A DNA stretch of 64,000 bases from Sphyrna mokarran (Eukaryota): positions 58,404,001 through 58,468,000 of the forward strand of contig JAGIQG010000005.1 of the NCBI GenBank assembly GCA_024679065.1, given 5' to 3'. Below are positions 11,182 through 24,599 of the stretch, piece after piece. The position numbers were made by a program, and so were the translations under genes. Under the pieces are notes generated by a model. The model searched no databases and was not told the origin of the DNA. It was given only the letters and a program-made list of their open reading frames with translations. Positions within the stretch are counted from its first letter, which is position 1; the number at the start of each line of letters is the position of its first letter.

Positions 11182-13370
11182 AGGAGGCAGTGTCATAGTG
11201 GTAGTATCACTGGTAATAACTAAATTAATGCTCTGGGGACATGAGTTGAATCTCACCATGGCAGCTGGTGGATTTTAAATTGAGTTGAATTCGAGCCAAT
11301 GGATTAGATCAAAGTTCTGCAGTCCTACCACATCCAGTCAAGAATGATGGTAGACAATTAAACAACTAACTGGAGGAAGGAAAGGCTCCACAAATAACCC
11401 GATCCTCAGTGATGGGGAAGCCCAACACATCAGTGCTAAAGACAAGGCTGAATAATTTGTAACAATATTTAGCCAAAAGTGCTGAGTGGATGATCCATCT
11501 CAGCCTCCTCTTGAGGATCCCACCGTCACAGATGCCACTTCTGAGCCAACTCAATTCACTCCTCATGATATCACAAAACAGCTGAAGGCACTGGATACTG
11601 CAAAAATAATGGGCTCTGACAATATTCCAGCAATGGCACCAAACACTTGTGCTCCAGAACTAGTTGCTGCCTTAACCAAGTTGTTCCAGTCTAGCAACAG
11701 TTCTGGCAGCTACCCAGAAATGTGGAAAACTGCCAAATGTCTAGTCCACAAAAAGCAGAATAAGTCCAACCCAGCTAATTACCATCCCATTAATCTACTC
11801 TCGGGTATCAGCAAAGAGATGGAAGATGCTGTTGATAGGGCTATCAAGCTGCACTCACTCAGAAATGGACTTCAATTTGAGTTCTGTCAGGGCCATTCAG
11901 CTCTTGCCTTTATCACAGTGCAAACATTAGCAAATTAGCTGAATGCAAGAGATAAGTTTGATTGCCCATTTGATGAGTATGGATTAAGGATTGCTAACAA
12001 AAGATGAATCAATGGGAAATGGGGGTAAACTCTTCTGTTTGGATTCATACCTAGCAAAAAGAAACTTGGTTGTGGTGATGGAATTTAATCACCTCAGTTT
12101 ATGGGCATCATTGGAGAATCCCTCAGGGTAGTACCTTAGCCCAACTATCTTCAGTTGCTTCATCAATGGCCTTCCTTCCATCATAATGTCAGAAGTGAGG
12201 ATGTAATAACACAAAGTTGAGCACTGTTCATGACCCCTCAGATACTGAAGCAGTCATGGTCCATATGGACAATATTCAAGCTTGATCTGACATGTGGAAA
12301 GTAATGTAGAAACCACACAAGTGCCAATCAATGGCTGTCTCCAATAAAAGAGAATCCAATTATCTTCCCATGATACTTAATGGCATTGTAATTGCTGAAT
12401 CTCCCACTATCAACATCCTGGGGTTACTCCTAACCAGTAAATCCACTAGACCAGTCATATAAATACCATGATTACAAGTGCAAATCAGAGCCTGTGTATT
12501 CATTGATGGCTAATTCAACTCCTGACTCCACAAAGACTATTCACTACCTACAAGGCACAGGTCAGGAGTGTGTTGGAAACTCTCCATGTGCCTAGATAAG
12601 TGCAGCTCCAACAACTTAAGAAGATTGATAGGTGAGTGATGGTGAAGTGGTAATATCTGTGGATGGGTAATCCAGATGTTCAGACTAATGCCCTGGAAAC
12701 ATGTGTTCAAATACTACCATAGCAGCAGGTGGAATTTAAAAAAAAAAATAAAATTTGGAAGTGAAAACCAGTAACATTAATCATGAAACCAATTGTCACT
12801 CATGTCTTTCAGGCAAGGAAATCTGCTGGCTTAGGGCTCATATAATGGTTGATTTTTTTTTTTAACTGTTCTCTGAAGTAGTTGAGTCAAGCAACTCGGT
12901 TCAATTATAGATGGGCAAAAAGTGCTAACTTTGCTAGTGTTGCAGATATTCCATGAAAGAATTTTACAAAACATTATCCAGGACAATGCAGCTTATCTAA
13001 TCCACCACCTTCAACATTCACTCCATCTATCACCAATGTGCAATAGCATCAGTGTGTGCCCTTTGCAAGATGCGCCGCAGCAATAGAACCATCCAAACCT
13101 GTGACCTCTATCACCAATAAGGACAGAGGAAGTGGATGCATGGGAACACCCCCCTTTTTCTAAGTTCCCCTCCAAGCCACACACCATCATGGCTTTGAAC
13201 TATATCGTTGTGGGATCGAAATCCTAGAACTCACTCTGAGGGTGTACCTGCACAATGTAGACTTCAGCGGTTCATGAAGGAAGTTTATTATCACATTCTC
13301 AAGGTAATTAGAGATGGGCAATAAAAATGCTGGACTAACCAGTGATGCCCAAGTTCTGTGGAAGAAATTT
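11182..13370 (+). mobile_element. CR1-group LINE 'family B': tRNA-like head joined to the RT region and 3' tail (internally deleted)
   Basis: Head GGAGGCAGTGTCATAGTGGTAG..GAGTTGAATCTC; ORF 11486-11938 (KSNPANYHPINLLS); PQGS.LSP..FSCFIN; tail AATTAGAGATGGGCAATAAAAATGCTGG. Confidence 0.85.
12631..12970 (+). mobile_element. tRNA-derived SINE family B (SacSINE1/Deu-like), nested in its partner LINE
   Basis: A-box TGGTGAAGTGG, B-box GTGTTCAAATAC, body AAGGAAATCTGC, tail TAGATGGGCAAAAAGTGCT matching the LINE B tail. Confidence 0.75.
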
Positions 13371-14429
13371 TAAAAATTGGAAAATCAATCCTTTCCTGTT
13401 TTCCAACAGAATAATATCACTTGTTCCCTGGCAGGCATCTTGTGGCTTCTGCATGACAAGTCCTTCAATATGCGACAGACTTACTTCATCATTTCCCACT
13501 GGGTCCCAGGAAGGGTCATCAGGACAACATGCTATACTTTCCTTGAAGGCATAATTTCCAGATCTTTGTCCACATGATGGATGTCTACAGCCTAGTTTAT
13601 ATTCTCAAGGCCAAACTGGAGAGCATGTAATTATGTTGAGTATTTGATGCTGTTATAGATGTTATCTGATCAGTTGACATTCCACTCTTAGAAAAGGAAG
13701 TTTGAGAAAACAGCCGGCACAGAATGTCATTTTGGAAATATGATGTTTTAAGAGGCATAAAAATGTTTAAAAGGCATAGAAAAGTTTAAAAAGGCAAAAT
13801 TTAATGATTTTAGACAGAAGTTGTTTGATAAGATCATATTTCCTGGCACATTTGCATTCTAATCACAACTGATACAAAACAGTATGAGTTTCTAATAAGT
13901 TGCAATGCTTTCTCTCTGTGAAAATCATCCACAAAGCTTGTGGATCTTTGAAGATGGTCTTGGAATTCAACTTTTTTAGCTGCATATGAAAAAGCACCTT
14001 ATGCAATTGGAACATGGTAGGGGAGAGAAGGCAGCTCAACAGGCTGGAGATGAGGTCTGAGCTGTAACATGGCGGAGGCAAAGTTGTGGGAGGAGGTGGA
14101 TGTGCTATGATCCAGGCAGGCCTCCAGGCCTTTCCTGCCTGCTTTCGTCTGGGAGCAACCAAAGACTGCCAGGGGGGTGTTGAAGCACCCTCTCAATCAT
14201 TTCTATTCAATGCAGCCAGCTGCTTTCCTGAAGCTGGAAGTCTTCAATTGACCCTCCAGCTTTAAGAGCCAGGCTACCACCAATATGCCAATTACCAGAA
14301 GGGAAAGTAATATAATTTGGAAATGATTGCTACTTGGCTGAACTTGTCTTGTATACCTTAAAATGGAAATCCATTTTGGGCACTGCTGTCATTGTTTTAA
14401 CTTTTTTGGAGCTGGCACCTCTATTAAAA

Positions 14430-14730
14430 TTATTTGTAAATTTGAGGCCATCCAAAACTCTGCTGTCTATTTCTTAACTCTCACCAAGTCCAGTTTACCT
14501 ATCACTCATGTACTCATTGAGTTTTGTTGGTTCTTGATCAAACAAGGTCTTGATTTTCAATTCTCATTCTTGTATTTAAATCGCTCCTTATCCCTTCTTC
14601 CAGCTCTACAACTCTGTATGTTATCTGGTCTCTTGGGCATCCCCGAGTATAATCTTTCCACAACTGGTGGTGATGCCTACAACCGCCTCAGCCCTAAGCT
14701 TTGGAGTTCCCTCTCTACCTCACTCTCCAA
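14430..14730 (+). mobile_element. L2-type LINE ORF2 C-terminal remnant
   Basis: IQNSA..LT.TK...PITHVL....W and GG.A....PKLWSSL in ORF 14363-14734. Confidence 0.75.
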
Positions 14731-15103
14731 GTGAGACTCTGAGTGCCTTATGATCATGAGCAACTGCTAGAAAGGCAAATGCTAACCATACATTAGAAGA
14801 ATGGAAATACGCAAAAATTAGTTGAGGTTTCTGTGCAATGTGTATGGGGGAGCTATTCATCATTGCTATCTCTCTTTCTTTGGGTGCAAAGTAAACATTG
14901 GGTGAACCAATTTTGGGTTGCAGCCCCTCAGATGTGATTTAATTATAGTGGGGTCCTCTTCAGCCATTGCTCCAGAGCTAAACATGCCATGGGTAGCACA
15001 GTAAATCTCGACCATTGTCAGTCCATCACAATAGTAATAGAAATGATCATCACAACATGCATGGGTGTTTGATAGAAGATTGAGGATTCATCTCCGTTCA
15101 TGC

Positions 15104-15928
15104 TGTCACAATCCCAGCTGTTGTTAATACTGGACAAGTCATATTCCAAGATGAAACCTGGCTTGATAGATGCCAACCTTTTCTTCTAGAGAAAAATTAT
15201 TGAACAAATTCAAGGGAGTTTAGTGATGAACTTCTAACAACAAAAAATAAAATATTTATTAAAGAAAAATGAACAACGTTACACCAGATAAAAAAAAAGT
15301 TGGAAAGATTCCAATACAAACACAGGAAGATTTATCCCAGGGATATACTTGCAGCCACACAAGCCAGTGATTAATTTGACATACAAAGACTTCACTGGAA
15401 TTGGCACAGTTTTCTTGTAGTCAATTATTGAACATTCACTCAATGCTTTTCACCCATTCCATATCTCCCACTGAAACACTCTATAACCCAATCTTTCAGC
15501 TGATCATTTCACTGAGTTCTATACCTGATAACTTAAGTAACTACTGTCCCTAATACCTCAGCAATTTTTTAAAAAATCTGAAGTGGAAATTCATGTCCTC
15601 TCTCTGATACACGTTGAACTCACTCTTGTCCCTTTTTGTGTATCTGGAATAGGCACCACAACGCAACTCTACAGTTTCTTTTTCCAAATTCACTAAAAAT
15701 TTAACCCATCTATTTACTTCCTGAGTTGTAAAATCTCATTGAAAATGCATAGATACAAAAAAAAAACCCAAAAGACCTGATCAGGCGTCTATCCAGACTT
15801 CCTGACACCAAGATTCACAAACAAAACCTAAATAAAATTGGAACCCTTCTTACTTGGCTTGTCACACAAATACATATATATATTATGTTCAACTTAAAAG
15901 TTATACATTGTTCCTAATAATATATCTC
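15104..15928. mobile_element. Possible solo LTR
   Basis: Starts TGTCACAATCCC, minus-strand AATAAA near 15257, possible CA end; no TSD found. Confidence 0.3.
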
Positions 15929-16029
15929 AGGACTGGATGTGTCAGGACTGCAGAGCTTAGATCTGATCCATTGGTTGTGGGATTGCTTTGCTCTATCTAT
16001 TGCTTGCTGCTTTTGCTAAAAAATTACAT

Positions 16030-18188
16030 TTGGCGTGCATGTAATCCTGTGATATAGCTTCAACAGGTTGACACTTCATTTTTCAGTATGCCTGGTGCTG
16101 CTTTTGACATGATGGTAATGATAGAGTACAAGATACGCTGGGTATGAAGTTAAAGATTGTGGTTGTGTACAATTCTGCAGCTGCAGAAGGCCCAGTTTTG
16201 AATTGCTGGATCTGTTCAAAATCTTACCTATTTACCTTTGCCTCTGTGCAGTGGTTACTCCTACTACTACTCTAATGGACAGATATATCTGTGAGAGGTA
16301 AATTGGTGATTCCCCCCTCGCTGGTTGCAGACCCAACAAAGCAGCTGTGACTTTTAGAATTCGGCCAGCTGAGTCAGGAGTGGTGCTACCAAATCATGCT
16401 TGGTGAAAGGACATTGAAGTTGCCTACCCAGAACACATATTCTGTGCCCTGTCCAATCTCATTGCTTCCTCCAAGTGCTGCTCAACATGGAGATGCACTG
16501 ATTCATCAGCTGACAGGGGCAGAGAGTAAGTGGTAATCAGTGTTTTTCCTTGCTTATGTTTGATCTGATGCGCTGACACTTCATGGGCTCCAGAGTCAAT
16601 GTTGAGAACTCCCTCCTGACTCTATACTATGTGCTGTGTGTCTTCGGCTGGGTCAATCCTGCCAGTAGAATGGGGCATATCCAGAGATGGTGATGGTGAT
16701 ACCTGAGACAGTGTCTGTCAGGTATAATTCTGTGAATAATACTTTTGTCCGGCTATTGCTTAACCGATCTACATGACAGCTCTTCCAATTTTGAGAGGAG
16801 TTTGCAGATCTAACTTGTTGGGTGCCACAGGGTTTGGTCCTCAGGTCCCAGATAATTACAATCAATATTAGTGACTTAGATGAGGGGATAGTAGGTATCA
16901 TTGTCAAATTTGCAGATGACATTAAAATAGGTGGGATAGTAAGTTGCAAATATGAAATAGGGCAAATTTTGCCCTAAGTGAATAGGTCAAAATTTGGCAG
17001 ATGGAGTCTAACATGGGTAAGTGTGATGTTATTCATTTTGGTAGGAAAAATTCAAAGGCAAATTATTATCTAAATGGAGGGAAACTTCAGAGTGCTTTGA
17101 TGCAGAGGGGTCTGGATCTCTTCGCAGAAAACTAGTGTGCATGTAAAGCAGGTAATAAGGAAGGCAAATGAATTTATTGCTAAAGGAATAGGATATAAAA
17201 GTAGGGAATTGTTGCTGCTGCTGTGAAAAGCATTAGTGAGACCACATGCAGAACTTTGTGTACAGTCCCCTAACTTGAGGAGGGATGTCGTTGCATTGGA
17301 AGCAATTCAGACGAGGTTCACCAGATTAATTCCAAAGATGAGGGGTTTGACTTACAAAGATAGATTGGCAGTTTAGACCTATACTCCCTGGAGTTTAGAG
17401 GAATGAGAGGAGATCTAATTGAAGTGTACAAAACGATGAAGGGAATCAACAGAAAAGGTGAAGAGGATGTTGCTTCTTGTAGGGCAATCTAGAACAAGAA
17501 GTCATAGTTTTTAGATAAAAGATATAAAACAGAGAGAGGAGAAATTGTTTTCTCAAAAGGCATGAGTCTGTGGAATTCACTACTGCAGACCGCAATGGTC
17601 CTTTGAGTAAATTTAAGGAAGAGGTGGACAGATTTTTAATAAATAAGGGTTTGAAAGGCTATGCTGAACAGGCAAGAAAATGGAGCTGTGGCCAAAATGA
17701 GATCAGTCATGATTGTATTAAGTGGTGGGGCAGGCCTCATGTGCTCAAGGTGCCAATTGCTGTTCCTATTTCTAGATGATTCTTATGCTAGTAATCCTTT
17801 GCAGGGTTAAGTGGACATTGTTACTTATGATGCCGAGGTTGGTGCTGGGTTTCCATTCCTTCTTGTAAGATTTATGGCAGTTTGATGCAACTGAATAGCT
17901 TGCAAGACCATTTTGGAGTGCATTTAAGATTCAACCACATTGCCGTGGGTATGAATCTGGAGTTGCCTGTGTATTAGGCCAGGTAAAGAAAGCAGATTTC
18001 TTCCTGTGAAGATCAATAGTTAACTAGTTGGGTTTTTAATGACAATCAACAATGGTTCCATGGTCACTATTACTAAGACTAGATTTTTAATTGCAGCTTT
18101 TTGACTCAATGTTGTGAGAGGTGAATATACATCCCTGGGCCTCTGTATTACTAATCTGGTGATATTACCATTGCACCACTGCCTCCCC
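16030..18188 (-). mobile_element. LINE family B 5' portion: tRNA-like head, SINE-like body and APE endonuclease (split by a CR1 insertion)
   Basis: Minus strand starts GGGGAGGCAGTGGTGCAATGGTAATATCACCAGATTAGTAATACAGAGG. After the CR1 insert: KLEELSCRSVKQ*PD.VLFTELYL, GNFNVLHQ (~16420) and SNH (~16255), which are APE motifs. Confidence 0.75.
16808..17787 (+). mobile_element. 5'-truncated CR1 LINE
   Basis: VPQG.VL.P, KFADDIKIGG, C-terminal EVDRFLINKG, 3' UTR ending TTCTTATG. Confidence 0.9.
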
Positions 18189-18775
18189 AATCTGAGAAGG
18201 ATAAAGGCAGATTTGACAGAGATGTTGAAGGGTTGTGGTGGTGCAACAAGAAACTGCTACAGTAACAAAAGAATCAGATACCAGAAGATCCAGCTTTTGG
18301 ATAGTTGCAATAAAACACAAAATATAGTCTTTTATCCAGCAAGTTTTTTTTATTTATTCATGAAATGTGTGCACCACGGACTATATCAGCATTTTTTGCC
18401 CATAATTAATTGACCTTCAGAAAATGGTGCTGAGCTGACTTCTTGAACTGCCTCAGTCCCTGTAAGTACACCCCAAATTTGGTTAAGGAAGGAGTTCCAG
18501 GATTTTGATCCAGCAACAGTGAAAGGATGGTAATATATTCCCATGCCAGAATGGAAAATGGCTTGGATGGGAATTTCCAGGTGGTGGTATTCCCATCTGT
18601 CTGCTGCCTGTTTCCTTCTTGATGGTAATTGTCATGGGTTTGGAAGGTGCTGGCTAAGGAGTCTTGTTGATTTCTGTAGTGCATCTTGTTGATGGCACAC
18701 AATGCTACCATTGTGCATCAGTGGTGAAGAGATTGAATGTTTGTGGGCTTATTGAGCATTTTTTGAGTTGCACTC

Positions 18776-19030
18776 AAAGTTTATTTATTAGTCACAAGTA
18801 AAGCTTACATTAACACTGCAATGAAGTTACTGTGAAATTCCCCCAGTCACCACAGTCCAGTACTTGTTCAGGTCAATGCACCTAACTAGCACATCATTCA
18901 GAATGTGGGGGGAAACCAGAGCACCAGGAGGAAACCACACAGACATGAGGAGAATGTGCAAACTCCATATGTAGTGACCCAGATCCCTGGCTGTGAAGCA
19001 GCAGTGCTAACAACTGTGCTACTGTGCCAT
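18776..19030 (-). mobile_element. HE1-like SINE, Rex1-like tail
   Basis: Tail AAAGTTTATTTATTAGTCACAAGTA, HE1 core, head GCAGCAGTGCTAACAACTGTGC. Confidence 0.9.
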
Positions 19031-19107
19031 CAGGCAAGCGGGGAGTATTCCACCACACTTCTGATTTGTCATGGGGATTCCTAGTCTCTGGCTAGCTCTT
19101 GTAGATA

Positions 19108-19814
19108 TGCAACCTCTGCAAGACATGCTGGATCATTGACACTGATGCCATCATCTCATATGAGAACACCATCCACCAGGTACATGGTGCATACCCTTGC
19201 AACTCGGCCAATGTTGTCTACCTGAAATGCTGCAGGGAAGGATGTCCTGAGGCAAGGTACATTGGGGAGAATGTGCACACACTATGATAACGGATGAATG
19301 AACACTGCTCGACAATCACCAGGCAAGATTGTTCTCTTCCTGTTGGCAAACATTTCAGTGGCCACGGGCATTTGACCTCTGACCTTTGGGTAAGCATTCT
19401 CCAAGGCGGCCTTCACAACACACAACAACGCAGAATTGCTGAGCAGTGACTGATAGCCAAATTCTGCACACATGAGGATGGCCTCAACCAGGATCTTGTG
19501 TTCATGTCACACTATCTGCAACCCTAAAGACTTGCCTGGGCTTGCAAGATCTCACTAACTATCCTGAATGGAGACAATACACATCTCTTTAATCTATGCT
19601 TAATGCTAAGTCCACTCACATTGTCTGCATCTTTAAGACTTGATTAGCTGTAAAAACTTGCATTCTAATCAGTATACTGTAAACTGAGTGTGTGTCTTTA
19701 CATCTGTATTTGTGATAAGTACTCTCCACTCACCTGATGAAGGACCCGAAAACTAGTGGCTCTTATTAACAAACAAACCTGTTGGACTTTAACCAGATAT
19801 TGTGAGACTTGTTA
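19108..19814 (+). mobile_element. 5'-truncated Penelope-like element (GIY-YIG + pLTR) with 16-bp TSD
   Basis: NVVYLKCCREGCPEARYIGE; TSD CTAGCTCTTGTAGATA at 19092-19107 and 19815-19830; CTGATGA..GAAA hammerhead remnant at 19734-19751. Confidence 0.92.
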
Positions 19815-22216
19815 CTAGCTCTTGTAGATACAGTATTTATATGGCTAATCCAGTTTAGTTTCTGGTCAATGGTAAACCCAGGAATGAACTCCCATGGTGT
19901 CAAAATCAATAGTAATTTTTAAAATGACATTTGATAAGTTGTAGAAATAGTAATGTTTGCAAAGCTATGAGGGAAGGATTAGGAGCAGGACTAATTAGAC
20001 AAATTTTGCAAAGAGTCTACACAGAGATACTAGCTAAATGGCTTTTTTTGTGCTGTTTTATTCTCTTGTTCTATGACTCTATTAATTCAGGGGCCTTTCA
20101 TCACTCTTCTGCCCTACTTACAACAAAGACTAGAATCTTGCAGAAATTTGGATCCAATATATCTTGCAAAGTATTTACATGGTGTCTATTAGGAAAAAAT
20201 TTTTTCTGCTTTACTGCTCATGAACAAAATGTCATATCAAGAAACTAGAAAAGGATATTATATTTACTTTATATAATACAATATTTATTTATTTATATTA
20301 GTGATATCTGTTTCCCATCTTATGAATTGCAAGGGCCTTATTCTCAAAGTTTAGCTGTTTTGCATTTGAAGTGGTAGAAGCCTTCAAAAAGATGTTATCT
20401 TCCCTTTCTTCTACAAGACATCCTACTAGTGCTTTTGAATGTTAAAACTTCAACCTTTTTATCATGTTAAAATAATTTTTAAAATTTCTTAACACTTTCT
20501 AATCATAATTTAGCAACTGCGACTTGGGAAATAGTGAGGATATATTGCTGGTCTTGTCATGCTCTAGGAAAACCTTGACTTGCTGAACCCACTAAATCTC
20601 TTATATCTTTACATCCGCCTGCAGTTTTCTTTGAGAAACACATATATTTATCAAACCAGCTCACAGTCACCGTTATGTATTCAGTGAACACAGGGCCATG
20701 ACACACAGAGAGTAAACTGCAAGAAATGAGATAAGAAACAGAAAGTGGATTACAGTAGCTGGGTTAGGGTGAAATGTTCAAGATCTTCACAAGGGATAAA
20801 CATTTTTTTGCTTTTTGCTATAAAGGTCCCTGTGGTTATTATGCTGTAAATGTTTGAGTTTGGCCTTTTCAATTATATTTTTTCCAAACCGTCATTCCCA
20901 GGTGGAATATTACACATTGACTATGTTGTGGATATATAACAACACTACCCATTTTACACAATCAGTTTCTGATTTAGATTTTCCTTTCCTTTTCTGTCAA
21001 TGTCTTGCAGGACATTGCCCGTTGCTCTGACCTCGCCATTACTAAATTCAGTTTTGGGAGTTGAGGAATCTAATGTATTGATGGCAAGTTACTGGTGAGA
21101 TTCCTAACAGCAAGTGGGACCTTGGGAAGGTGCAGGGACTTCTGCCAACCAAACACCATTGCAACACCGAGAAAGGTGGGAAGAAATTTTAAAGTGTCTC
21201 CAAATACTCTCCAGAAGAGCATTCCACAAGGGCTTCAGCAGGGACAGGATCTATACCTGTAGATAATACATGGGGGGGCAAAGTGAAAGGGCTGCAGATT
21301 TTTACTATGTCTGCATCCTCCACCTTCAGCATTCATCTACTAAAATAACCAAAAATGATGACCAACCATACAGGAAAAGGCCTTTAACTGGCCATTTGTG
21401 ACTCAATTGGACAGGCCACCTGCCATCTTTCTCACCATTAACAAAATGACATTGTGGCATAATAACAATAAGTACACCCACCTACTGTCTCCTTATGTCA
21501 ATTTGTCAGACTTCTGCCTACCAGCCCATCCTCAAGGAAATGGTAAAATTGAGTTCTTTATGTATTTGCATTCTGACATTTGTAGCCACCAGTTTATATG
21601 TTAAAACTGTGCGTATTTTAAGGGACAGCTTAGGGATGAAACCTGCACAGGGCATCAGTGGATTGCAGGTAGGCCATGGGGAAAGAGTAGCATTAGCTCC
21701 AGCTCCCCTCAGGGTGAGGTTGGACATAAGATCTATTCTAGAGGGGCCAGATGAACAGTTCAAAGGGGCAGTTTTCAGAAAACGGCAGGCCTGCCAGCAA
21801 CCCTTGGTCAATGCCAAGGAACATGGAGGAATCTGGCAACAACTGGCACACAGCTTTGTGCAAAGGGTGGAGTTCAATTTCATTAGCACACTCATGGATT
21901 CACTTATGATGCAACATCTGATGGCCAATTTGTTTGGCTCATGTTGCAGCACAAGCAGAAGTCTCCAAAATCTCAGTGCTGCAGGGGTAAATATAGCTTT
22001 CTACTACGTAGACTCAGGCTGCTGTCATCATGACGGTGAATATCAGAACTAAAAGGGGTTTTTAGGATGCCACAACATTCCAGCAATCATGCAAGCATTA
22101 AAGTGCCACTCCTGCCACAATGGCTGTATGGTAGGATGCTACCATCCTCTCTTTTCCCACTGTTGTCACTTTTTCATTCGTTCATTTTGGTACTTTGTGT
22201 CCGAAATCTTTTACTG

Positions 22217-22320
22217 GCGGGATTTTCCCATCTTGCTGCAGTGAATGGAGATTTAACTGGGTGCCAAATTCTTTGACCTCGCTGCAGCGGGAGTTTAATG
22301 TGAACAGATCACGCTCCTGG
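22217..22320. mobile_element. Short MITE-like element
   Basis: GGCGGGATTTTCC terminus like the other short GC-richer inserts. Confidence 0.45.
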
Positions 22321-24599
22321 TCTTTAACCATCCCAATGAAGTGTTGTTCAGTCTTGCCTACATGACACTAATGGGTTTTATGAAGCCCACAGGAGTTGTT
22401 AATTTTAAATTGCTACCATGTTATCATGGAGGGAACCTCATTTATAGATTGGAATGACAGACTTCTCTCTCCAGAATGGATTACACAGAATAATCAACAC
22501 CCAGCTCAATTGAAAACTGGCACAGACATGGGTTTTTAGTTTGATTTAATTACACCCCACCCCAACCTGTTTCCAGCCAGCATGAGGTGAGAAATGGCTT
22601 TAATATTGACCCACATGAGTCCAAGAAAGATACCTTTGCCCTTACTCAGGAGAAAGCAGTTTGATCCAGTAATGGAACAGATTTGCAAGTGGTTCAGCAA
22701 AGCTGAAAACTCCATGGGTAATGGGAGACCAGAAGAACAAGTGGGAGAAGTGTGCTAGATGTGAAAGCAGCATCCAGGTGAAGGGCAGGTTGGAAGGCTG
22801 GAAAATGTGGTTGAGAGCTGGCAGTTTTAAGTCATAACACAGAGTCACAGCTCGGAGCAGCCCACATGGTCACGTGGGAACAGAATGCAAATAAAAAGGA
22901 AACAGGGTGGAGGATGGAAAATGTCTAGTATCCCAACAGACTATAAGTTTCCTATCAAATACAATAATGGGAAGGGACATATTCCACTTGGCTGTCTCCA
23001 AACATTAGCATTAAATTGACAAGCAACTAAAATTGTGCACATGAAGAAAACGTATAATTATTCTTGAGAGTTCAATAAATATTTCCAGCAAAATATTGCA
23101 TGGCGGGAGCACTGTAATTAAAAATAAATGTCCCGTTGTATGTCTGAAAATCTGCACCATGTTTCAAAATTTACCAGAAGCTGCTTGCCAAGCTTTGGGA
23201 GACAACAGCATCTAATTTATACCCCAGAAGTTCACATTCTGAACAAAATCAGGATCAGTCATAGAGAATCTGGATATTGCACCCAGAACTTCCATCGATT
23301 GGCTTTCAGAGCTCTGAATGATGCCAGCTGTGAGGAGGAGAGTTGCTGAATTTTGACAAGTGTGATGAGCAAATTAAAGTCAAAGCCAACTTTGCGCTGG
23401 CGCATGTACACAGCCAAATTGTAGTTTGTGATCCAATATTGTAGTGCTATTTTGCATCTGGATGATATTAGGTAGCGGTTTCATGGGTATGTTAAATGCT
23501 GTAATATGTTTGGAACATGCCTCCACTGTGACTGATGAATTCCTGCTTCGGCATTTCTTGATTGTCTAATTTGCATGGTCTTTTTCAGAGATACTCCCCA
23601 AGCAGATGCTGCAGCAAGGATGAAATCACGTAGGTCAACAGTACAGCATATGAACTGAACTCAAGGCTGTTTACTTTCAGTCAACCTGATATGCTGTTCT
23701 TTGCCAGATATTTTGTTGCCATGTTCTTGGAGAGTGAGGTCTTAGATTAAGGTTGTGAATATGAAATCGTCATCTTTTCAAAAAATGAAAAATGTTTTTC
23801 TGAATTGGCTTTGGTCGGTCCTGGAACATCAATTTCTTTGCAGCATCACAAAAATTATTTTAAATATTATCAGCAAGATTATTGTAAATGATTAAAGTAG
23901 CTCCAAGGATACTGAATGATGTATTTTAAAATTGGAAATATCATTTGCCATATTTGCAGATTAAGAATGGCAAAGTTATATCTGTTGCTTAGAATGGGAT
24001 CTTTGGCAGTATTGATTTCTGCCCTTGTTACCTTTTTTTGAGAATCGATCTTTTAAAAAAAAATCAATGCCCTATTGCTATTATGCGCATTTTATACCTA
24101 ATAATATTTTTCTACCTGTTGATTTTTTTGTAACATCAGATTTCAGAAGCGTAGTTGATTTTCTGTGCCCTTCAGTTTTTATTGTTATAAATAATTGCTC
24201 TTCCACCCATATTGTATTAAAGTTTCATATTTTACTTGAAGTCTGTAACTTTTTTCCTTATCTAGATCTGCCTGGATATTTCAGCTACTGGAATGACCTT
24301 GGGTGTGGTTTAGCAACGACAAGAGTCTGTGCCCAGTATTGGAGATGAAAATCCAGAGTACAATAGACGATTGCCATCCTGAAGGTTTTAGGGTCCCATT
24401 GTAAATAGAGCTATCTCCCATTTTAGACCATCTTCCTATATACTATACATTGTTGTATTATCTCTAAAGATCTAGGAATTAATTGTTATGTGCAAGAATT
24501 CTAAAGGATCACATTTCATGGCTGCACCAGAGATTTGTGATGTACAATAGAACTAGTTCAAACCAGTCCTGTTTTATGTACAAGGCAGCATGGCAAATA

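Larger units (their letters stand above)
18345..19890 (-). mobile_element. LINE family B 3' fragment, interrupted by an HE1 SINE and a Penelope element
   Basis: Tail CAGCATTTTTTGCCCATAATTAATTGACCTT at ~18385; homologous to 13000-13370; resumes at 19030-19107 and 19815-19890. Confidence 0.75.

Noticed and set aside
23570-24360. Splice-acceptor-like sites at ~23588 and ~24264 as host exons
   Set aside because: Frames close quickly, no strong donors, no recognisable protein. A lncRNA cannot be excluded without RNA data.
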